Below, piece after piece: positions 24,830-37,820 of a stretch of DNA of 56,924 bases (position 1 is the first letter of the stretch; the number at the start of each line of letters is the position of its first letter). Source of the DNA: Octopus bimaculoides (taxonomy: Eukaryota); NCBI RefSeq assembly GCF_001194135.2, contig NC_068992.1:4607216-4664139 (forward strand), read 5' to 3'. The notes beneath the pieces were generated by a model. It did no database searches. It was not told the DNA's origin and saw nothing but the letters and a program-made list of their open reading frames with translations. The position numbers and the translations under genes were made by a program.

Positions 24830-25705
24830 GAGTTGGTGGATGTCGCTTTGCACGTGAGATGTGACGGATTTGTATGCGAGAGAAAGAAGATACGGTGCGC
24901 TGAGTTTCAGACGTGGTGGGTAAGGGATGTGTGATCAACATTACGGGAGTGTAAAAACTGCCGTTTAATTAAAGGCGATCAACTAAAGTTAGTAATTTGG
25001 TGTGTTTGCAGATGACGGAAGTGGAGAGTGCGAGTATTGTCAACAAAAGACAATGTGTCGGGAATATTGAGGAAGATATCGTAGACGAGGGGCAAAGGAA
25101 GTGGAGCAAAGGTGTGCAAGGAGAAAACGAAGGAAATGAAAAAAATTAGCTCTTCACGCTAGAAATAGATAGCTCCGATGCAGTCGTCTATGTAATGAAT
25201 CGGGTCAGATTTCGGTCTTTGTGTAGGCAGCGATTAATTTGGTGTGGTTGGTGTTACTTTCGTGCCCATAGCACACCACTGATTTCTTGGGAACTCCTTA
25301 CTCGTGAAAGCGAAACGAAAGTGTGTGAACAATCTAGAAGGAGGTGGATGGAGTGCAAGGATAAAGAATAGCTCCGAATGCAAAGGCGTTTGGGAGGGCA
25401 CGTAGGGGACTATCTTAGTGATGTTGGTATAGAAATCATAGCTGCCGTTGCCGTCGTTGACCTGAAGCACATGGTTTAGAGTAATGGTACAATGTATTGT
25501 TGAAGTCAGGGTTATTGATCAGGGGTCAAAGAACGATGAAAGGAACTGTTCCTGAGTGCAACATTTCACTTATCTGCTACTTTGATGACGATATCTTTCC
25601 AAACCTCGAACGAAGAGGAGGACAAAAATTCGGTACGGGAGATGCTAGTGCATCCTGACCGCTTGAAGAAATCGAAGTGATTTAGTGCGTTGTAATCATC
25701 ATCCA
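24830..25705 (-). pseudogene. Penelope-like reverse transcriptase remnant
   Basis: Ordered motifs DIVIKVADK (25595-25569), AMGTK (25272-25258), YIDDCIGA (25194-25171), interrupted by stops and frameshifts. Upstream pyrimidine-rich tract to about 26190 may belong to it. Confidence 0.8.
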
Positions 25706-26934
25706 TAAAATAGCTCTATGTTGCACTCGAAAGTGAGAAAAGATGGCAGAAAAAGTATGGGTGTGATGGGAAAGTGGAGTGGGGGAAGTGTAGAAGAAGA
25801 TGATTGAAGATAATGGTGATGAGGAGTCGCAACTGCTGGAGGTTTAAGGACAGAAAATTGAAGGCAGTTTTCGAGTTTTGAATGGTTTGTGGATGAAGCA
25901 AACGATGTTGTGCGCAAGGAGACGGGGGAAAGCCGAGAGAGGAGGAGGAGGAGGTGGAGGAGGAGCTGAGGAATTTGACAGTGAATGGTGTGAATATGGG
26001 AAAAAGTAGAACGGAAGGTGGTACCTATAAGACAGAACAGTGACATTAGAAGATTGAGAAGGAATGAAAAAGGGAAATAAAAGCGAGTCAATGAGAAGAG
26101 ATTGAGAGAAACGTAAAGAGAAATGGGGAGAGTGAATGACGGGAGAGAGAGAGAGAATGAAAGTAGGTAGAAGTAGTAGCATTAAGTTACGTCAAAACTT
26201 GGTGAGAATATTCCCATTCGTTTGAGTTTGGTTTTCTCATAGAATATTTCATTCTCTTGAAATATATACGTTTCTGAAAGAAACTCATTTTGACAAAGTG
26301 CGTTAATGATGATTGAAACAGGTGTTTGCACATTATTTCTCTGTAAAAGGAACAGCATACTTACTAAATTACTAAATTTATTTGTTGCTGTGATGGATTA
26401 TCCCATGTAATTTTACAGACAGAATGATTTAACGAACTGTTGAAACTCTGCTATGTTAACGACGGAACTTGTACTTAATGTAGTTTATGGAATTTAGTTG
26501 AAGAAAGCAAACAATATACAAATAAAATAAGCAAACATAAAGACAAGCAATTACTCAATAACATAAAGAAAATCTGAATCACTGATTCTTGCTTTCATCT
26601 AATATTTATAGAATTAGTAACGTTTAAAGCATACAAAATATACATTCACATTAGAAATTTTGGTTTCCCAAATACATTTTGCATCTCTTTCGGAAACCAT
26701 TTTTAATATGCTTTCATATAAAGAGTCGTATATTTTATTTAATACAAAATTAAAGAAAATCCTGCAAATTATACAGGTTAACAACACTAATAATCACTGT
26801 AATAAAAGTAGTACAATTGATAGTGGTAGTGAGTATGATGTTAATTGATATAGTTACGCTTTAATAAATCAATAATTGATTGCAGTATATGTCTGGTATG
26901 CACCTACGCTGCAATTAATATTTGTTGCTGCGAA

Positions 26935-27108
26935 GGCGGTGAGATGGTAGAATCGTTAACAGGTCGGAAAAAAATGCTTAGCGGCATTTCGTCCGTCCTG
27001 GCGTTCTGAGTTCAAAATTCCGCCCAGGTTGACATTCATCCTATCGAGGTCGATAAAATAAGTATCAGTTAAGTACTGGGGTCGATGTAGTCGACTTTTT
27101 CTTTCCCC
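26935..27108 (+). mobile_element. SINE family X
   Basis: GGCGGTGAGATGGTAGAATCGTT...GAGTTCAAAATTCC...GATAAAATAAGTATCAG. Confidence 0.85.
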
Positions 27109-27159
27109 CTGAGATCAAATTCGGCCGTTGTCATCTTTACCTTTCTTTCTTTCTTTCAT

Positions 27160-27211
<52 letters not shown>

Positions 27212-27310
27212 TCAGATCGATGAAATGAATACTAGCTGAGCACTGGGCCTGATGTAATTGACTTACTCCCCACACGGAATTACTGAATTTGTCCAAATTT
27301 TGGAATTATT
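27109..27310 (+). mobile_element. Second SINE family X copy split by an internal (TTTC)n microsatellite
   Basis: SINE sequence stops at CCTTTC, then (TTTC)n at about 27142-27213, then resumes GATCGATGAAATGAATACTAG.TGAGCACTGGG. Confidence 0.7.
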
Positions 27311-27410
27311 ATTTCCAGTTTCGTCAAATAACGGCCCTGAATCTATCTGACGTACGTTCGTAGCAGGAAATCCGATCTGATGTACTTATAATCCTGCTAA
27401 CTTGCCGCTG

Positions 27411-27552
27411 GCGATGGGCTTCTGTGGGTTTCCGTGAACACAATTCTCTTACACGGTTTTAGCTATAGTAGAAGACAATTGCCGAAGCTGCCATGCAAGG
27501 AGACTAAACCAGAATCCATTTGGCTGGGAAGCAAACTTTTTACCACACGCAG
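27411..27552 (-). mobile_element. SINE family Y 5' half
   Basis: GCTATAGTAGAAGACA.TTGCC.AAG.TGCCA is the reverse complement of the CORE-like block. Confidence 0.75.
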
Positions 27553-29553
27553 GAAAGCATATTTTCTTAACTATATCAGCGTCACAGACAATCACGAAGC
27601 ATTATATCTCTCTTCTTCATAGACTCTACAAAACACTTCGGTAGTTCAAGCAGGAGATCCTCCATAGTAGGTGGAAATCTCCAACAACTGTTACATAAAC
27701 ACGCTATTCGTTAACTTTATCAATGAATAAACATTACTCTTTAAATATTATATGAACATTTTTTATTTTCCTTTTATCTAGAAACGCTTTTAATTTTGGA
27801 TGGTTCTGTAATATGAGAAGTAATTATAAACTTGTGTAGTAGCTAATTCAGGAAGAGTGTTTTCTCTATTTGAGTTGCTTTCTTTAATATAGAGATTCAA
27901 ACTTTAATTGGTACATTCAGCATATATTATCATTCAGATATCATTTCGGTAGCTTCTGTGTAACTATTATAATTCTAAACACGGAGTGTAAATATGAATT
28001 GCATAATATTTAGTGGGACAATAACAGGAATATATGCGGACATTATCGTCATGTTTTCTATGTTTAAGTTTCAATTTCGGAGAAAGTCTTTGTCTATGAG
28101 AAACCAACAATTTGCTGAAACATTGTGTAACCAAGCATAAAGCGGTAAAGCAGTATATTGATAATTTTACGGTTCAATCGCGTTATATAAGAGACGCAGA
28201 ACTATATAGGAATAACTATTGTTGATATCAATTCATTGAAAGATGAGTATCACATAATTCTTAATGTGAGTAACAGATTGAAATCGGTCCCATTAATTTT
28301 CGCAGCAGCAAATCGAATGTTCACCAAATCGAATTGTCCTCGCCTGATGCATTATATGATCGTGTAATGGAGTATTTTGTGCCGTTCAGTTTTCGCTTAG
28401 TACAACTCTTTCCAATCTCCTTTTACATATAGATTTAAGTGCAAAATATCAAACTAATGTTCTTCTAAATTTCTATCAGTGACATTTATTAAGGTAGCTT
28501 TTCTCAAATTCTTTTTCTCCCCGCTGAATCAATTTATAGTTAGGAATATCTTAAACTCATGTTAACTCTGGACGTGATATATGTGTGAGCATATAAACGA
28601 TAAAAATCGTTCAAATACTGCTCTACCCGTCTTCTATTAAACGATCAGAATGCATTTTTCTCCTGTCTTTATAAAAGACATTTGAGAATTTTCGTTTACA
28701 CTCAGCCAGTCGATGACCACCCGGATTCTTTCTCATTAGTATATACTATTTTTACTTAGATAGACCTGATCACCTGTTGAAGTCTAAAGTATTGGCTACG
28801 GACACCGCTTATTGTCCTTACCGGTACACAAACTATTCACATAGTTGTCTCGTTCATCATAATCTTGGTTGTCTGCAACTTTCCTTTAGAAGATAACAAC
28901 CAATGTTTCACAATATGAATAATTTGGAAAACAGCATTTCAAGAATATTCAGCCCGGAGTTGATTCTATTTAAATATTGTTCTACCAGCCACAATTGTAT
29001 TTTCAGTACAAACAGTTGACTACTAATCATGTTCAGATAGCTTCTGTAATTTTCTTTACAATAAACGTGCAACAATTCTTATAATGGAAACTATTGAAAT
29101 TGCTGGTGAAATCTATAATAAAGGATGTATTTAGATAAAATCTACATTCCCTGGAGATTTTAATATAATAAAATGATCAAGAACGAGATACATGAAGAAA
29201 TATCGGAGTTGTTTTGTTGTGAAATGGAAAATATCCTGCTGTCTGTTCGGACGAAAGTTTTATGTGATGTACGAAGAATACTTCAAAATGAAAGATTGCC
29301 TGCAGTACGCACATTCTTTATCAACATTATTTCTAAACATATTGTGAGAAAAACTCAATATCTATAACCAGTGGCAAGCTCAACAAAACAACTGTGTATG
29401 AAAGTTCTACGAAGTAACATCATTTAATTCAGATTACAGAAATTAGAGATTTGACCTCTGGGAATGTTGAATCACACTGATATGAACACAAACATTCACC
29501 ACCCACACACACACACACACACACNNNNNNNNNNATATCAACACAAACATTCA

Positions 29554-29623
<70 letters not shown>

Positions 29624-30744
29624 TATGAATTCTAAAGGTAGATTTCATATGTGTGTATATATATGTGTGAATATGTGTGTGTATATTTAGTTACACCAAT
29701 GAAGTAGCGTAAATAGTTAACGGAAAATACAATAACTTCAAATATATAACGAGAGTTTATAAATTGGCACATGATTATTGGAATAAAGAAATCGTCGGCG
29801 ATATGATCGATCACGGAACATAGAAGATAAATAGGTTATTATATCATCGACTGCGGGGAAAGGCAATGAATACAAAACAGCAGATATGTGGTCCCAGGAC
29901 TTCAAAGATCGCATCTAAATACCAAAAGGCAAATTCCTAAGGTCTTCTTGGAATTTTACATCGTCAGTGCACTTTTAAATTGTAATTTGATCTTGAAAAT
30001 AGCTGCACAACTCGAAGTGAATTTATAGTCGACAAAGATTGACTCCAGTATAATAAACTATTTATTTTAAAGCCCCACATCTTCAATGGGTTTTGAATTA
30101 ACATTTCAAAGGGATGCAATGGAATAACGTAATGCATTTTGTTAAACGCCATACAAATATAAGAAATAATAACAGTATTATTTTATAAATCTGTATCATT
30201 CTTAAGATTATAGAGACGATAATGTGCATGATAATAATGATGAAGATAAGGATGATAATGATGATGGTGATGACGACGATGATGATGATGACGAAAACGA
30301 CTACGACGATTGGGGTAGTAGTGCAAGTGATGATTCTGTGGCTAATTGCGATCGAGATGATGGTGCTGCTGCTGTTTTGTAAGGATGATAATAATGTTGA
30401 ATTTAGTTGTGATGTTGAGGTTGATGATGGGATGGGAAAGATGATACGCATCTGTGAGACTCCATACGCCCTTTAACGCCATTGATGAGTGACGTTTCAA
30501 ATTTCACTCGACGGGCTTTTCGACCGTCATCAGAACAAAGAAACTTTAGTCAGCATAAAGATTAAAATAAATTCGACTCCAGTCCTAATAATCAACCACT
30601 TAATCAAAATATTACGTTATTCTTGAACTAGCTTTAAAATAAAAAAAAACTTTAATTTATGTTTAATAACCCTGTAAACCTAAGTTAACTGGATAATGAT
30701 AGTTTAAGTGTTTAAATTACAGAAAAGGCACGGAATGATTTATG

Positions 30745-30802
30745 GAAGAAGAAGAAGAAGAAGAAGAAGAAGAAGAAGAAGAAGAAGAAGAAGAAGAAGA
30801 AG

Positions 30803-30834
<32 letters not shown>

Positions 30835-30873
30835 GAAGAAGAAGAAGAAGAAGAAGAAGAAGAAGAAGAAGAA
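30745..30873. repeat. (GAA)~43 with one GTA interruption
   Basis: Directly visible; source of the poly-R/S/L/F ORFs. Confidence 0.97.
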
Positions 30874-32382
30874 AACAGATGAAAACAGAGGAAGAGAAAC
30901 TGTAACAAATGCCAACAAACGCTATCAAATAGACGAACAAAACAGTGTAGAGAAAACTCACTTCTTGGCCAATACAACGCATTATTCTATCGTGAGTGAG
31001 AAACTAAATTGGTTACAATTGTATAATGATTTAAAGTTTCTAGTATAAAGTCAGAATCAATCTTGATGCTCGCTTCCCCCTATCAATCTCAAATAACAAA
31101 GAATTACCATAGAAAATCATGAAAGAAAATGCTAGCGTGAAGTGCAGACTATTCCGTGTACAATAACTCAAATTACCTTATAATTTTTGGCTCTCAAATT
31201 TTCGCTACGTCTGACTCACACTTCCAGAAAAATCAGTTCTGCAGATTTTTCAACATGATAATATTCCGAAGTCTGTGAGTTTAAACGGATTATATGTGAT
31301 GAAAACATGTAACACAAACCGTCTATCATAAGACTCGTCGCTAATCCTGATTATCATCGTCGTCTAGACTTCGAAATTAAAACAAGACATTGGCAAACAT
31401 GTAATAAACAAAACAAATATCAAAAATAGAAGCTTTATGCTATTACAGACACCTTGGTCAGTTCTCATTCCACGAAAATAAAACAAAAAAAATATCATTT
31501 GGAAAGAAGTAGAGAAATTGTTAACGTACAAATAGTTTGAGCATGGAAGTAGATGAGTTAAAATAAAATATAAAGGCAGATTCTGCCAGCATTGTGAAAT
31601 CATTATCAAAAACATGGTTTGAACATACGCCATAGAATGTGTCTGAGAATTAAAAGAAAACTGCTATAGTATGGAATGTTCTGTTCCACAGAGGCTATTG
31701 TTGAAAATGGATGAGGAAATAGCAGCGATGTATTAGCGATATCAGTCTCAAACGCCTATAATATAATTCACAAACAAACGGTCAAACTATTTTAATAATA
31801 CAAAAATGGAAATAGAAATTACAAGATTGCGAGTATTATAAACGGAAGCCATTTTTATAAAATTCGGTGCTTGTATAATATTAAACAATATTCATACAAA
31901 TATGTAACCAAAACCCTAGAAAGTAAGCATGTTTAAAACATACGGACAATCGTGCATCTGTGTATTGTTCACGCATTTCGGAGATTATTTAGCAATACAA
32001 TGGGAAACAACCCAATGCAAAACAAAATAGTTCATGAACCTAAGGCGTATTCAGTTGCAATCGTTTGCACAATGAATGCATTCAATAAAAGTAAGACTAA
32101 CAAATAATGGCGATGATGCAACAAATACTAATTCATTTCATTTTCCACAAGAATTTCGGATGAACGGGGCTTCGCAAATAAAGTTACAAAAGATGTGTGA
32201 GTTTACAAAGAAAATCCAATGGAATACACATCAATGTCATATAAATTAAAACGTTGCCAATAAGCTATCATATATAAGATTTGATACATGCGAACATCTA
32301 ACCAGAATCAGTTAAAAAAACTATAAGGAACCAGGAATATCTTGTGCCTAGAAGGACAGTATTCTCTCCCAAAAGTCATTCT

Positions 32383-32800
32383 CTAGTCTACAGGTAATGT
32401 GCGAGTAGGCCTTTCCAGGCTTACTATATTTGCCAATGTCATCCAACTTTTCACATTTTTACGAGACTCATTCTTTTCTAGGATCAACCTCGTTTCCAAG
32501 TCCAGTTTAATACAATTCGATAAGGACATACAGCCTAATTTGCCAAAGATAACAGATGAGTAAACCGCTTCTGTTTTTTTTAGGTTTTTTTTTTTGGCGT
32601 AAAGAGCCCACAGTTTTAACTTCACGAATTGTTGCATCTATCCAGTATGTGACAGTAGAGGTTTGACAGAACTCTACATGTTAGTAATTTTCGGACACAG
32701 AAGAAATGCATGTATGTCGTAGTTCTGTGTACGTCTCGTGTAGGCAGCGCTTAATGTGCGCAGATATTAGCCAAAAGCGATATGGTCCTGCGGTAGCAGG
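32383..32800 (-). pseudogene. Possible RTE-type LINE RT remnant
   Basis: NLKKTEAV..GKLGCMSLSNCIKLDLETRL..EK loosely matches RTE ..LKKT.V..YLGS..S....D.EI..RI.K. Confidence 0.35.
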
Positions 32801-34238
32801 CAATGTAAAAAATGCTTGAGATTATCAATGTTCTTGTCTCGGATGTTATCCAGAACAGACCAGCCAGCTGATTCTAGTCAACTCCGAGATCATATTCATG
32901 AACGTCTTTGCTATTCTACATTACTAGCCATCTAGAGACTGCCCGCCAGAGACTTATACCGACTAAATTGCTCAAATATAGAGAGGTTTGTGGACGTCGA
33001 ACCAATTTGCACATGCGTGGAGCCCAGTCTCTCTTTACGCTTGACCTTGATCTAAAAATCCACTGCAGACACAATAAGAGGTTCTAATCAGTAGAACGCA
33101 TACTTCGAAAAAGAACCTGAAGAGCAGATAGAGCAAGGCAGGACGATAAGGCATTAAATAATGACAAAGGCATTGTGATCGTGGAGATTTTCGGCCCGAT
33201 AGTTTGAGACGTCTGTCAACAATGAAAATGCTTTTGCAATTCGTTTTCCAGCATTTATTTCTGACCAACTCAATTCAGATCAAATTCTGCGTTATTGCAT
33301 GTAAAATGTTCTGATTAGCATAGCAAGCAAATTAATTACATTAGTAAGGCAAGAGTCAGCCAGAGATGTTTGCAAATTAATTAGGTGTTCATGTGTTTAG
33401 CATAGAATATTGTTAAATATTATAATTACACATATTTGATAGACGAACATAACATGCAAATTGAAAGGTTATAAACAGATTTAAAGCTAGTCCGATTATA
33501 GCCGAATACAGTGCCGATTCCACCAACAGGTACGTTGCGCTTTGATGTTTTAAAACGTTGATTATGAAATTTAATATCTCTTAAAACGTTTCTTCGCACA
33601 TATTGTGCGCCTGAATGATATAAATCACATACAATGAAATCAATGGAGCACAGTACATATATGAAAACACATATATACGATCTAATCACTAATCACAATT
33701 TTATATTTAACAATTTGGTACCGGCAACATTTAAGGCAGGGAAAGATATAAACGCCCTATCTTTTTGCCTGATTTGATATTCATATTAACTATAGTTAAA
33801 TTATAGACTAACGCATATGCACATTTCATGGAGAGTATGGCGGAGAATATAAAATGTATCCGTATCAAACAATAACATTGAGACTGACGTGCATTTAAAA
33901 TAGAGACTGATGTATATATTATATACGAACTGACATGAAATTATTCACCTGGTATATATCTTTACGTATTGCTATGGTATTTCAAATTTTTGTCGTATGC
34001 TGATTCATTCTTTTTAATAATGCCACTTTAAGAAAGTGAAACAGCAAATGTTGAAATCGTGATATAAGATAATGAAAAAGTGGATTATATTTCCTTAGAA
34101 GAATTTTGTTCAAATTAAGTTTTCATAACAGATCCTTTCTTAAATAGCACGTCTTAAGAAATCAATACGATAAAAAGGAAAGCAAATAAATCGTGATATA
34201 CATAAATATATTTAATGTATGAATGGGTATATTTAGGA

Positions 34239-34372
<134 letters not shown>

Positions 34373-34619
34373 TAATACATATCTATGTTCCTGTACGTAG
34401 CAATACAGTCACGCGCGTACCCGATTTAGACATGCATATTCATATACAGATGTGTTGTTCCATACACGTGTATATATATATGTATATATCTGTGCGCGTA
34501 TGTGTCTGTATTCTCTCTCACGCGATTGTTCATACACACACACATGCACACGCGATCACCCATATACACGCATATGACCACGCACTCATTATTGCTACAT
34601 GCACAAAAATGATTGTGTG

Positions 34620-34880
34620 CACACTTTTAGCCAGGTCCCTTTTGTCTCCCCTTGCCCTCCTTGTCCTTCCACTTAATTCATCATATGCAACCGCTAATCT
34701 AAGCACGTTTGTTTTCACTCCATTTTCCCCTTTCAATTTGTTTCTTCTCCTATTTCTTCTTGTAGAAGAGCGTGGACTCGAAACGTCAAAGACAATTCCA
34801 TTTTCCCTGAGCGTGAAACTAATACATCTTGCTCGTTGTTCTGTTACCTGTATCTGTCTTTTGCCTTTTGTTTTTTTGTA
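34620..34880 (+). mobile_element. PLE-type terminal repeat with decayed hammerhead H8 (34758-34792)
   Basis: Pyrimidine-rich tract, then TCTTG TAGAAGA GCGTGGACTC GAAA C GTC AAAGA; core has 2 mismatches. Confidence 0.45.
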
Positions 34881-34982
34881 CAGTTTTGAACCATGTACAT
34901 ATATATGTGTGTATGTTGTGTGTGCGCGCGTGTGCACGCGTTAGTGTATGTGTGTGTGCATCTAATTAAGCGTATATGTTTG

Positions 34983-35190
34983 TGGAGGCAATTAGGTTAG
35001 TGGTTAGGGTGTTGGACTCTTTAGTATAGCCCTTCGTTTCACAATATTCCACCCCTAATCCTGGTAAAAATAAGTCATCTTGCCACAGATCGGTGTCCCA
35101 TCCAAAGGCTACAACATGTCATAAATTCAGAAAAACGAGTCTCATGAGTGTATGACTCGGGAAAGACATCTTATCCTTTTGACAAGTGTG
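34983..35190 (+). mobile_element. Decayed tRNA-derived SINE
   Basis: GGAGGCAATTAGGTTAGTGGTTAGGGTGTTGGACTC resembles a tRNA 5' half with A-box. Confidence 0.35.
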
Positions 35191-35910
35191 AATGTGTGAG
35201 TGCTTATGTAAGTTTGTGTGTCTCTGTGTGTAGGTGTGTGCGTGTGTATGTGTGTGCATATCCATTTAATTGTCAGTTATGTTCTATATGTTTTTATGAG
35301 AAAGACTAGACGAAATTGTTCATTTATAGACTGTTATTATATTACATAGAGATATATAAAATTGCTTATCATTTTCAGTTTACTGCTGCGATTAAATTTG
35401 TAATGTTACACTCCATATTATTCTGAGAACGGAGTTTATTTGAGCATATAATTTCATATTAATATGAAACCATAAAAAGGTGACTAGCTGACAGTTTCGT
35501 TAGAACGCGGGGCAAACTATTTGCGACATTTTTTCTAGCATTACATTGTGAGGGTCAAATTTCGCCGGAGTGGACTTTGCTTTTAATACATTCTTGGTCG
35601 GTAAAATTAGCATTATTTGAGCACTGTGGAGGAAGAAATCGGCTTTTCCGTGATTATTGATTTGTACTAAAAAATTGAAAAAATAATGAACACCTAAATT
35701 AATATAAGGCGATTATAAATATTCTTCAAAAAATGACTTACGAAAAGAATTGTGATGAATGAAGAAATAATATATTCGTTCATCCCATAAATAATGCGGT
35801 TTTTTTCAATTCCATGAACAAAAAGTTTCAGAGGGATGGGATAAACTACCTGCATCAGCATGTTATAAAGGCAGGTAGTAAGTATACTTCCTGCTTATTG
35901 TTAGAGCAAA

Positions 35911-36120
35911 GGCGGCGAGCTGGCAGAAACATTGGCACGCCGGCCGAAATACTTAGCGGTATTTCGTCCGTCTTTACGTTCTGAGTTCAAATTCCACCGA
36001 GGTCGACTTCGCCTTTCATCCATTCGGGGTCGATAAATTAAGTACCAGTTGCGTACTGGGATCGATCTAATCGACTGTCCCCTTCCCCAAAATTTCGGGC
36101 CTTGTGCCTAGAGTAGATAA
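35911..36120 (+). mobile_element. Near-intact SINE family X nested in mariner
   Basis: A-box-like TGGCAGAA and B-box-like GAGTTCAAATTCC; TSD GCTTATTGTTAG(A/G)GCAAA at 35893-35910 and 36121-36138 (17/18 identical). Confidence 0.92.
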
Positions 36121-36186
36121 GCTTATTGTTAGGGCAAATTTTGAATAGTGCAATTCGATTGTAGCAGTTATCTTTTCAAAGTTATA

Positions 36187-36546
36187 ATGGAATAGACAAA
36201 GGAGCATATTTGGATATTTTGATTTATGAGTTCAAAAACGGCAACAGAGCAACGGAAGGTGCGAGGAATATTAATGCAGTATATGAGGATCGGACAATAA
36301 GCGTAGGCCAGTGTCAAAAGTGGTTCCAGAAATTCCGAAACGGAAGCTACGACTTAGAAAATGAGGATCGTCTTTGAAGATCTGTGGAGCTAGACGCGGG
36401 CGTCCTGCAAAATGTGGTGGAACAAGATCCCAGCGTAACTGTTGATGAACTAGCAGAGAAGCTTGGATTTTGTTATTCAAACGTCCATTAATACTTGCGT
36501 GACATTGGAAAAGTCGACAAATTAGGTCAATGGGTTCCGCACAAAC
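36187..36546 (+). pseudogene. Mariner transposase N-terminal fragment
   Basis: ..YEFKNGNRATEGARNINAVYEDRTISVGQCQKWFQKFRNG..DELAEKLG..LGQWVPHK with stops; joined to C-terminal DRWKSIVEN, so the DDD domain is deleted. Confidence 0.88.
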
Positions 36547-37249
36547 GGACAAAACGTTTGGAAGAGGTACCTTTCAAGTATATCAGATAGATGGAAGAGC
36601 ATTGTAGAAAATGAAATGGAGGATATATTAAATTAAGAGAGAAATTTATCTTATTTTTGAAAAAGAAAAGAACAATGAAAACCGCTTTATTTATGGGATG
36701 TCCCAATATATGTAGAGGACATGTTTGATTAGAGTATTATTCTAATATATAGCAATAAAATTATTTTAAAAAATCATTTAATAAATTTGGTAATTGCACA
36801 CAAACATCATATGTCCTTGTATACATACATATGGAACTACAACTCCTCTTCTGTTTGTAATGTTTGTGCACTGTATCTGTAGAGAAATTATTGTCTCCAA
36901 AGAAATGAAGAACCTCAAAAGCAAACACAAACAATAAAGTTTTCAGCAGGGGCTGTTTTTCAATGAATTTAACAATACTGTTTATCTGACGCACACATTT
37001 TACCATTCAGTTAATGAGAATCATTGAGACAATGATATTCTGCATCACAATGAAGAGACATCTCAATAATTAACCATCAATTAAGCTGAAAGCTACATGT
37101 CAATTTATTCCGAGGACAGCACATGACTCACTGAGTTCAGTGACTTCAGCACGTTTGTATTTATGTTGATGACTACGAAACAGTTAATGACAAGCAAAGG
37201 TTAAGTCTTGGTTGTCTTTAAGAAGCTTCAAAGTATGTTGAAATCAAAT

Positions 37250-37530
37250 ATTTCACAACTGATAAGGCTGGTCTTCATGACGATGCAGGAGACAGCATTT
37301 CTGGTGCAGGTAACCGAAACCTGGTATATAATAGAGTGAGAAGATCACTTTGTTGTTGGATATAGATCGAATCCCCAACTAGTTAACAAGGGATTTCCCA
37401 ACGACTGTAAATTTCATGTAATCAAGGTATCTTTGGCCTGAAGTGTAGCTTGCGATGTACACCTCATTTAGTAAATTTACTCCTTCCGAGGTTCCGATGA
37501 CCATGAAACATATGCAGCCTGCTTTTATCC
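37250..37530 (+). mobile_element. Decayed PLE 3' end with hammerhead remnant H6 (37489-37520, core CCGATGA)
   Basis: AGGT T CCGATGA CCAT GAAA CATATG CA GCCT: stem II collapsed, U16.1 changed to C, stem III identical to H3. Upstream EKITLL..LVNK..CKFH resembles a GIY-YIG C-terminus. Confidence 0.5.
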
Positions 37531-37784
37531 ACTCCATTCGCTAAATGTTTGAATGTTTATTCGCATATACATCAACCTCTGTTGTTAACCGTGAATTATA
37601 CAACTAAATTCTTTCAGATTCTCGTCTTTTAGTTATGGGTAAAATTCAAAACCTTCAGCGCCAACAAACCAATATTATTTCTTCAAAGTTGATTTTATAT
37701 CTTCTAAGGATTTCTTTAAGCTTGAACTTCCCTCACCTTGATCGTTCGATGCTACCTGTACACACACACACACATGCACACTCA

Positions 37785-37820
<36 letters not shown>

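Larger units (their letters stand above)
35775..36706 (+). mobile_element. Internally deleted mariner with both TIRs and TA target duplication
   Basis: Left TTCGTTCATCCCATAAATAATGCGGTTTT versus reverse complement of right TTGGGACATCCCATAAATAAAGCGGTTTT; TA at 35773-74 and 36707-08. Confidence 0.9.

Noticed and set aside
29486-29590. Direct repeat ACACAAACATTCACCACCCACAC.. on both sides of a 10-N gap
   Set aside because: Typical unmerged contig overlap; likely an assembly artefact.
30170-30440. Hydrophobic I/M-rich ORFs; similar at 21040, 45680 and 52480
   Set aside because: Degenerate (GAT)n/(AAC)n/(CAG)n low-complexity tracts.
30487-30538. Minus-strand CTGATGA...GAAACGTC hammerhead-like pattern
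   Set aside because: Stems I and II do not pair convincingly; at best a decayed remnant.
31220-31272. 53-nt candidate exon TSEYYHVEKSAELIFLE (minus)
   Set aside because: Weak polypyrimidine tract; such matches are expected by chance.
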